From NCBI RefSeq assembly GCF_009914755.1, contig NC_060934.1: 64,000 bases of DNA; one strand, given 5' to 3'. The stretch comes from the human T2T-CHM13v2.0 reference genome, Homo sapiens. The notes below the pieces were generated by a model. That model was not told where the DNA came from, did no database searches, and worked only from the letters and a program-made list of their open reading frames with translations. A program made the translations under genes and the position numbers. Of this stretch, positions 53,577 through 64,000 are shown piece after piece (position 1 is the stretch's first letter; each line of letters opens with the position of its first letter).

Positions 53577-55953
53577 AGATTATCAAGTAGGCATTTTCTT
53601 TGTTTTTTATTTTATTTATTTATTTTTTTATAGTACCCCTCTGTTTTGGAAATAAGTATCTATTATAAATCCCTGTGTAAAATGGTACATTGTTTGTACT
53701 TTGCACTTAAAAGTTTATTTTTATATAAATATCACAGTAAAAATTTTTTCTGTAAAAAAAATGTGTGTCCTATTTGTTGCCTGTTTTTTAGTCATTTTAT
53801 AGATTCTTTCCTGGTGTTTTATAAAATATGTTTTATCAGACTTAGCTTTGCCCCAAGTGGTGGCAGGGCTGGTCTATTGTGAATTCAAAGCATGTGATCT
53901 ACCAAGATTTCAACCCAGAGGAAATGGGCCTGGAAGTCCCAGAGCAAGCTCTCAGTGGGCCAGCTGAGATCACGTGACCAGCCTGAACCAATCACTGTGC
54001 CTGTGGAGACACGGTGGCTCTGATTGGCCTGGCTTATATGTGTTGCTTGGATCTAGAGGTAGGATAAAGCCCACTCAGGCCACATGGACAGAAAGAAGGA
54101 AGAGAGAGAGGGCTGAAGGCAGGGGCAAGGCAAATGGGTGCTGTGTAGAGACAGGCAAACCCAGCAGATGCCCTGAGCCTAGACCTCTGGTATGCTGAAT
54201 GCTGGAAGCCATTGGGTTTACTTATATATATTTCACGGTGCTGAGAAACATCTGTTTGCATTATTTATTTGTGAATCATTCCTAATATAAATTGTGTTGC
54301 TGTTTTAAATTTCCTATGAAATACGTTTTTAAGTATCACGATATTGCGTAGTCAAATGTAATATTGTTTTTGCACATGGTTCTGTATACATCATAGATTC
54401 TAAATTAAAACTTTTGATAGAAATTACAAAATTTGTGTTACCTTACTGTATGGGCATATTTAAAAGCTAACATCCTAGTTTCTGGAGATTCTGATCTACC
54501 AATATTTCCCATGCTGAATCATAAGCTTCAGCATTTCTTTAACAATATCTCGGCGTTTGGTATAAAACCCTTTGACCCCAGATGCAGAGAATGATTGTTA
54601 GTTAGGTAAAAATGAGATGGTGACTGGTACTGGTCCATTGGCCAAAGTTTGGAGCATAATGTTCCTGGTATATGTATGTCAACTCTGGCTGTGATATCAT
54701 ATACTTACCTGGTTTTATTTTTATAACTTTGTACATGCATCTTGAATATAATATTTTTCTAAAGTTTATTATAATTAGAAGATCTTTAAAATTCCCTTTA
54801 AAATTATATTTTTTCTAAGAGACCCAGTTAAAATTAACTGTATCTATTTTTAAGAGATTGTTTTAGTTTCTAGTTTAGATTAACTAGTAGAGCACTTCTG
54901 GCTAATGTTTGATATTAGCCTGGTTTTGAATATATCTCTAATGTGTGTTATAACCCAACTGAGAAATGCTGCTTGATCTGTATATGAATACGTGAGTTCT
55001 GCTAAAACACTGAGGAACCTTGAGAGTCGCTAATGCCATTAGGGTTATTTGTTCTGAACGGAATGAACAGAATGAGTAAATCACAATTGTGAGTGGTAAA
55101 TGGCCATGTTCTAGTTTTTTTTCTCATCAAACCATTTAAAGCCAAGTGAGCAAGGCAGAATGGCTGGCTACCTTTTTATTGTTTTTGTCATTTTGTTTAT
55201 TTAGCTTATAATTTAATACAAGGAAATTTGTATCTGCTTTATATGGAGGCTGCCTTCAAAGTACGTGGTCAGGGTAAATTTTGAATGACCGCTACATCTT
55301 TTTTCTCGCCTTGCTAGCATGAACTGTTTTTCTGTATGCATGCATACATCTGTAAATCAGTACATGTGCTCTACTGTTATTATATAGTTTTAAAGAAAAT
55401 ACATTAAAAGAAGAAAAATGGCTCTTAAATAAGAAATGCATTTTAGATTGTCTGGCATTTGGCTGTTCTGCTTATTTGTGCTCCCTTTACATCTAAATTA
55501 AAACAATTCAGAGATTCCCCATCAGTTCAAAGGTCTCTGTAGGGCCTGTATTGTTGACATGGGTGGGAGTGGAGTGAAGAGGAAGAGGAGCACAGGAGGT
55601 GCGTTAGAGAGTCCTGCTCTGAGCCCTTATCCCATAGACCTCCTCACAGAAGACACCAGGCTGACTCACTGTCCTGCCTGCTTGTCATGTCCCTGCAGCT
55701 GAGGCTGGAAACTTCTCGAGCCCCTCTCCGTAGTCCTAGATGTTAGGGGCAGAACCTGGAGGAGACAGAGGGCTGGGACCCAAAGCAGCTCTCAGATGCC
55801 TTCAACCCTTTTAAGACCTTCAAGGTTAGGAGCTGCAGTGACCTTCTCTTTTCTTTTTTTTCTCTTTTGTAATGATCTTTCATGTGAATCTGAAGTCAGT
55901 GTAATAATTTCAGTCGTCTCGTCTTGCCTCAGAGAAAATTTTGGAAACTTTCT

Positions 55954-56061
55954 TATGTACATAGATACATACATATATATGTATAGATACACACACACAC
56001 ATATACATACATACACATCCGTATGCATGTATATATAATAAGTGTGTATGTGTGTGTGTGG
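55954..56061. repeat. Compound (TA)/(CA)/(TG) low-complexity repeat
   Basis: Alternating purine-pyrimidine runs; a similar tract lies at about 56386-56510. Confidence 0.85.
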
Positions 56062-57994
56062 TTTTGCTTCAAACTCCCTTGGACACCTTTTTTTAAAATT
56101 AATCTTCATAAAAATTATTTAAATTCTAAAGCAACTCAAATGATTATTCATTAAATAATTTATTAATGTTTTTGTAACTAATTTATTTCTTTGCAGTATG
56201 GAAAAACACATTATTTTATTTCATCTTATATTTTACAGTTACTATTGCACCATTGTTTTTTTTCCCAAACAAATTGTTAAAATCCTCTTCATTCTCATTT
56301 TGGAAGATCATTTGTTTATTAACAGAGATATAATATTAAACAGGCAATCTCAGAGCAGAATGACAGCACAAAGGTCAGGAGTGTGATATAGATTTATACA
56401 CATACACACATGCATACATAAACATATATAGTCACTTCTTAGCCCACACAGATGAATATATGTATATGTATGTGTGTGTCTATATCACATGCTCTAAATA
56501 AATATATATACACTATATTTTTTCCATCCTATTTACAAAGTACAATAAGAATTCATATAAAGCATGGTGATTTTGGTGAAGACCTAGCAGCTTTTTTGAA
56601 TTTTAATATATTTTGAAGTGGTAATGTTGGATTTTCCAAGCATGACTTCAGTAATAACTGAATTTTATAACTCTCCAGTGAGATACAAATCTTAATCACA
56701 ATCTTGTTCATTTTTCAAGTTCACTGCATATCATCTTATTACCTTTAATGTTTTCAAATAACTTGGGATGTCATTTGATCCTAAAAATAAAAAGTAAAGG
56801 TGTATCTTTTATGGCTAACTTACAAATTCATTTTCATGTGAAAGCATCTTTTACTAAATAATTACCCATCCTCCTCTATAGACTGTAGGCTCAGGGACTA
56901 CAGAAAGTAAAGTTTCATCCATGTTGAATGTTCAATTTCATTTGGCTTTGCTTTTTCATAGTAAAAGCACCCTCTTGTTTGCTGCAGAGCAGCAAAAGCC
57001 TCTCTGAAATCACAAAATCTTTTAGAAGTTCTGACTCCAGAGAATTTGGTTTTGAAAGGAACCCTCAAAGTATCCCAGACAACACTCTCTGGGTTTACAT
57101 TTTGAAAAGTTGATCTGCATTTAACACATACTGATTTTGATTACATACATAATGTAACCATGTCAAAGGTAGTAGACTTGAAAATAGTGAATTTGGATCA
57201 GATGTTAATTCTCTCAGGAGCATAAGTAAATATCACAGTAGACGGTAGGAAGTGTTAAAGGCTGGAAGAGATACATCTAAAATTATAAAGAAGTTCAAGG
57301 TGATTACTCCCAACTAGGAAGGGCTAAAGAGGTTTGGGGAAAGTAGAATTTGAGTAGAGCCCTTTAGAGTGAGTAAAATTTAGAAATGGAGAAATGTGAA
57401 GAAAAAAATAAAAGCAAAGATGTATGGAGTGAAATAATGAATGCACATTTTCCCCTAAGAAATTTCCGTAGTATTCTGTTGACCTAGTAGTTCATATGTG
57501 CCCTAGTTTTATGATTAATGATCTGAAATCATTCTGGATTGAACGCATATTACCAACTTCTAAAAAAGTTTTTATTAATATTTTCAAACATAAAAGAGTA
57601 AAATGATACACTTTCATCTGCTGGCAACTTGGATAGATTTAACAGTTATCAAAATGTTGCCATACTTGATTCTTTTTGTCTTTTTATTCCCAACGCATTT
57701 CCAAACAAATTCAAAACTTAATATCATTTCACCTCTATATTCTTCAGTATGCAACTCTAAAAATATGGTTATTTTCTCATATAATCACAACGTTATTATC
57801 ATACATAAAATATACAGACATTTTCCTTGTTACCATCTAATACCTGGTCCATATTCAGATATCTTTATTTGTCTCAAAAATATCTTCAACAGTTTAACCA
57901 GGATCCAAACCAGACTTATATCTCATAAGGACTTGTAATCTAGACCTGTTATTTTTAATCCACACTCCTACGCTCCTCCTCCTTTTTTGCAGGG

Positions 57995-58280
57995 GAAGGG
58001 GATGAGTTCTTACTCTGTCGCCCAGGCTGGAATGCGGTGGTACGATCATAACTCACTGCAGCCTTGAACTTCTGAGCTCAAGCCATCCTCCCACCTCAGC
58101 CTCCCAAGTAGCTGCAACTACAGGCACATGCCACTACACCCAGCTAATTTTTTTATTTTTTGTAGAGATGGGGTCTTGCTGTGTTGCCCAGGATGGTCTC
58201 AAACTCCTGGGCTCAAGCAATCCTTCTGCCTCAGCCTCCCGAATTGCTGAGATTATAGGCGTGAGCCACCATGCCCAGCC
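57995..58280 (-). mobile_element. AluJ
   Basis: Antisense dimer with J diagnostics. Confidence 0.9.
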
Positions 58281-58794
58281 GCTTCCTTTTTGCCATGCAA
58301 TTGATTTGTTTAAGAAACCAGATCTTTTGTTCAGCAGAATATCTCACTTTCTGGATTTGTCTGTTTACTTCTTCGTAGTGTCATTTAAATTATTGTTCTA
58401 TCCCTGTAACTGGCATTTAGTCCTAAGTGCTTGATTAGATTTAAGTTCATTCTTTTTTTCTTAAAGGGTATTTTGCTGCTATATACTTCTTATTACTTCA
58501 GATCAGTAGGCATGGAATGTCTGATTGTCACATTCTTAGTGATACTGAATGATTTCATTGGGAAATTATTTTTTAATCTAGTCATTCCTTTCACATGTAT
58601 TAGCTGAAATTCATCCCTAAAGGTGAACCTCAGCGACCCTGAAATACACCTCATACAGGAGAGGCAGGATAAATATACAATCTTTTTTTTTTTTTTTTTT
58701 TTTTTTTACTTGCCAGTCTTCAGTGAAAAGAGTTGATGGAGTTGATATAGTTATCTCCAGTGATGAGCATAGGGTTTTGGAAAGGGGAAGGGTT

Positions 58795-58925
58795 CTGTCT
58801 CTCTCTGTCTCTTTTTCTCCCCCATCCCTCCCCCTCTCTCTTTCTCTGCTCCCCCCACCCCTTCTTCTCTCTCCCACTTCCCCTCTTCCTTTGTCCCCCT
58901 TCTTCTTTCTCTTTCTCTTTTGTTT
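58795..58925. repeat. CT-rich polypyrimidine low-complexity tract
   Basis: Read directly. Confidence 0.85.
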
Positions 58926-59309
58926 TCATGTTCATATTGTACCATCTTGACCAACGTGAATTCCTTCATGTTGCCTACTGGGTTTCGACACAACCTCATT
59001 TGTGTTGGATAGCTTTCTTACTTTCTGGTAAAAAAAAATTCCAGGTTTATCTTGCATATTTCCTGTATATTCTTGTGTATTTCCACAGATCTGGAATTAG
59101 CAATTTCTCCAAGGAACATTGGTTCCTTCTGATGATGAATGGTGTTTAGGAATCATAATCTGTCACTAGAGATGCCCATTGCTACTGGGATGTCATTATT
59201 CTAGGCCTTTACAAGGGACAGAAATAGGAAATAGATGGGTTTGAAAAGAAAAGAAAAAAAACTATGAGTTTATACTGTTTCCAGTTCAGATTTAATATTA
59301 CTGTTACGT

Positions 59310-59450
59310 ATTTATTTATTGTTATTTAAAAAATAGAGATGAGGTCTCACTGTGTTGCCCAGGCTGGTCTCAAACTCCTGGGCTCAAGCGATTCTCCCAC
59401 CTCAGCCTCCCAAAGTGCTGGGATTACAGACTGAACCACTGCGCCCAGCC
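59310..59450 (-). mobile_element. FLAM-C-like monomer
   Basis: agagatgaggtctcactgtgttgcccaggctggtctcaaactcctgggctcaag. Confidence 0.88.
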
Positions 59451-59485
59451 ACATCTTTTCTTTCACATTAGAAATCCTGAGTCTT

Positions 59486-59805
<320 letters not shown>

Positions 59806-60873
59806 AGAAATCCTGAGTCTTAAGAGCATTATTATAATTATTTGAGTTATTCAACAAGAATTATATAAAATAGCCTAAAAGTAATAGTACCACTATCACT
59901 ACTACCACCAAGATTATTAAATGAAGTTAAAGACTAAGGTTTTTTTCAGCATTTGCTCTTAAAATACATTTCACTATGGATATGCTTACAAAATGCTGTC
60001 CTAGAGTCACTTGTAATTATTTTTGTTTCTACATGGTTATGTCATCAGCTTGATATACATTGAGGTTCATTCATTTCATCTAGTTTTGATTCATAAGGAA
60101 TTTTTCTAAAACTTAACTTTCTGAATATGTGGACCATTTACCTAACTCCAAAGTGGAAGCTGTATAACAAAATACATTCAGAGAAGTCTTGCTTTCATGC
60201 CTTTTTCCCTATGACCTTTATACTCCTTATTCTATAGGTTGCCATTTTGGTTTCCTTTTTATTATTATCTTTCTAGTGTATCTCATTGCAAATATGAGGA
60301 AATGTGGATTATATATTTCTTACCTGAATATTAACGCCCTTTTAGAGATTTTATGATTCGGAACATTTGACAATAGAAGTGTAATCATTTAAGCATCTCC
60401 CTTGGAAATGGAGATTCTATAATGGCTATATTTTCCCCTAATTACTTCATGCAATTTGTTTCATTTTTCAAATAGGTCATGCCTGCATTAAAAGATAAAA
60501 TGTTTGCTACTTGATATGTACTTGAGTTATGACAAGATAAAATAACCATTTTATGAGATGATGTAAATATTAAAGAGGCAGGCCACGAGCTTCAGGAATT
60601 AAATCCATTTATAGTTGTGTTATAATTATATGAATGTTAAAATTTGAGCTGTGAGGATCAAGAAGAATAAGGAATAACGATTGACTTGAAGAATCAACAT
60701 AAAACCGATTCTCATAATTGTCTTTGGGTATTTGGTGTTTTTTGATCCAATCTGAAATATGGAAATGACTGTGTTACAGTTTGGCGTCTTAAGGACTGGT
60801 ACTCTAAATATAATTTCTTCCAACTTCTGAATATTTATTTACATACCTAAGTTAGAAAAATCGAACACCTGGT

Positions 60874-61295
60874 GTGTTAGTTTTCTATTTCCACATAATA
60901 ATTGACCCTGAAACTTAGTGATTTGAAGCAATAAACATCAGTTGCTTCCTAGTTTCTTGTGGTTGGGGATTTGGGTGGTTCTGGCTCAGGTCTGTCTGCA
61001 AGCTGGTGACTGGGACCATAGGCATCCAGAGGCTTCTGTGAGGGTAGAGAAGCCGCTTCAAGCTCACGCACAGCTGTCGGCAGGAGGCTCCGGGGACCTC
61101 TTCATAAGGCAGCTTCAGCATCCTCCCCACAGTGTAGCTGGCTGTCCCCATAGAAGCCACAGCCTGTTTTATGACCTATCCTTGGAGGTGACGTGGTTAT
61201 TTTCACCATGTGCTGCCAGCCATCCAGCTCAGCCTGTCCAGTCCGTGAGGGAACTGTGCCAGTGTGTGAATGCCAGGAGGCCAACCACCACACTT
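60874..61295 (-). mobile_element. MLT1 (F-like) solo LTR
   Basis: tgtgttagttttctattt...aaacttagtgatttgaagcaataaacat...tggttctggctcagg. Confidence 0.72.
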
Positions 61296-61477
61296 GGGCT
61301 TAGTATTTCTGGGGCTTTTCATAAAAATCAGAAAGCAAAAATATGGAGATTATGTGTATGTGTGTATCACTGATCCAGATATGAGGTTTTATAGTAATAT
61401 GATTGTGACATTTCAATGTCTTTTTTTTTTGTATTTGTTGTGAGGGGGGTTTTTTTTGTGTTATCTGTATTCTTACG

Positions 61478-61814
<337 letters not shown>

Positions 61815-63046
61815 TAAAATACAACATGGGAATCTGTTTCTCAAGGTGGTTGGTATTTCTGAGATTGATCAAAAACTGAAATCTGAAGAAGAAAAGTAAG
61901 TTTTGGTGTAAACAATATGTTTTTTCATCGACCTGATTTTCCTCCCAAATGTTGAACTTCCTGTTCAAAAGTTTCTATAAAATTCATGGAAGTGGTTGCG
62001 ATAGTTTTTACCTGTGGCATCATTTTGTTACCATTTAATAATGGCCGTTCACTTTTAGAAGTAAATAAGTAAGCCATTGTAAGGGAACTTAGGAACTTTG
62101 TGTGCAGTTTAGTAGCCAGCTATTCAGACTTTGATAATTTGGATTACTGGTTTCATCGTGTTTGCACACAATAGCTGAATAATGAGGATCATTAAACTTC
62201 TTGTGCAGACATATCCAACTTGTGTTTGCTGCTAACCCTGGAGGCTCTGTGCAGCTGGGGAGGTGAGGACGGGCTCTTTATTGACTTGACAAGCTGTGAG
62301 TTTGCATTACAGGCCAAGCAGCTCATGACCCATTCTATTTATGTCACTGGTTTGTGGTGGGGAAACAGGTAAAGAAATCCTGCTGAAAATCCCTCCTTCT
62401 GCACGTTTTTATGAATAACGCCAGTGTTTATAGCAGTGAGGGCACTGTGATCAAATCCTCCAAAAGCTGTAATGCTGGCAGCATGGAGCCATTGTGGGAC
62501 CAGCTGTGGGCGGTATTGGTTTCTCTGTGAGACATTGCTTATTCAACAGAAAGCTCTGGACGAGAACTTACTATGCAATTAAACAGGAGAGAAAAAGGGA
62601 TACTTCAGAGAGAAAAATATAGAGAAGCAAAGCACCGTCTAGAAGTATGAAACAAATAATGGTTGGCAATAAAGGCCAGCAGGAATTCAAAATTATTTTT
62701 ACAACGATCAATTTAGATTAAGTGATGATAGTTTATCTCACAAGTGATGAAAAATTATATCATGTTATACTGTTAAATGTTTTTCTGTTTTGTTTAAAAT
62801 TAAAAGGATTGTTTTTAAAACTGTTTTCGGTCATCACAAAAATAACCTTAGCTTAAGTCAAACTTTCAAACTCCAGTGAATTTTCTCTTGAATTTCAAAA
62901 GAGTTGGGAAAAATGGGTTACTTTAGTGCCTCTACACCAGTCTAACCCCTTGAAAACAAAAAGTTAGGATAAAAGTTTGTCTTGTCAACACTGAGTAGCC
63001 ACTTTAATGTTTTTTCTTTTACTACTCAGAAAATCTGAGTGAGAAC

Positions 63047-63047
<1 letters not shown>

Positions 63048-63084
<37 letters not shown>
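63048..63084. repeat. (TA)n microsatellite with one TG interruption
   Basis: Read directly. Confidence 0.95.
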
Positions 63085-63330
63085 AATTTAAAAGGGGTAA
63101 TGTAATTGAACTGGGAATGTTAGGCATTTTTGAAGGATTATCTTATTATTACAAAGTTATTTTTAGCAAAATGTCATTTCTCTAAATTGAAAAAAATGAG
63201 AACATATGCACAAGCAGACATTTCTGAGATTTTAACTATTAACCCATAAAATTGGTCAACAATCTGTTTCTATCTGTTGGCCACACTGCTAATTTTAAGC
63301 CATTCTAATGGGCGCCATTATCAGGCCTTA

Positions 63331-63720
<390 letters not shown>

Positions 63721-64000
63721 TCATTATGTGTTTGGTATAGCTGAAAACAATGTAAAACCATTTCCGGAAAACAGAACAAAGCCTTCAGGATCTGATTGTA
63801 CCTGGTGTTGGGAATGACTAGGTGGCTGAGGAAGTGGAATCTGTGTTGGCAAACAGAAATCTCAGTGGTCCTGTGACTCATTAAGCAGATGGAAGGAAGG
63901 TAGGCAGGGAGGAAAGAACAGAGGAAATGGTCTTGTATTTTAAAATATTTTAAACAGGCAAAAATAATTCTTTTACAGAAGTGTTCTCACTGCAGTAGTA

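Noticed and set aside
54701-54730. U1 snRNA pseudogene
   Set aside because: The match stops after 12 nt. No U1 body or TSD.

Overview
Primate (most likely human) genomic DNA from inside the TAF3 gene (TFIID subunit 3), + strand. There is no prokaryotic content. Two coding exons are present. One is a 1823-nt internal exon (28732-30554; TAF3 exon 3 by recalled numbering) encoding the Ser/Pro-rich and Lys/Glu-rich disordered middle of TAF3. The other is an 83-nt exon (42049-42131), which is missing from the ORF track. The histone-fold exons (upstream) and PHD-finger exons (downstream) lie outside the window. The rest is intron: about 25 Alu elements (several nested), L1, L2, MIR, MLT1 LTRs, DNA transposon fossils, microsatellites and a 20-unit 68-bp minisatellite. 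The best leads are four. (1) A candidate L1-derived alternative last exon just upstream of exon 3 that would give a histone-fold-only TAF3. (2) A candidate cohesin-binding FxF motif and a duplicated ASID helix in exon 3. (3) An L2-tail-derived VNTR with higher-order structure and palindromic MRE-like cores. (4) A 33-bp duplication with a templated insertion. All functional claims are hypotheses. Repeat subfamily calls and TAF3 residue numbers come from memory, not from database searches.
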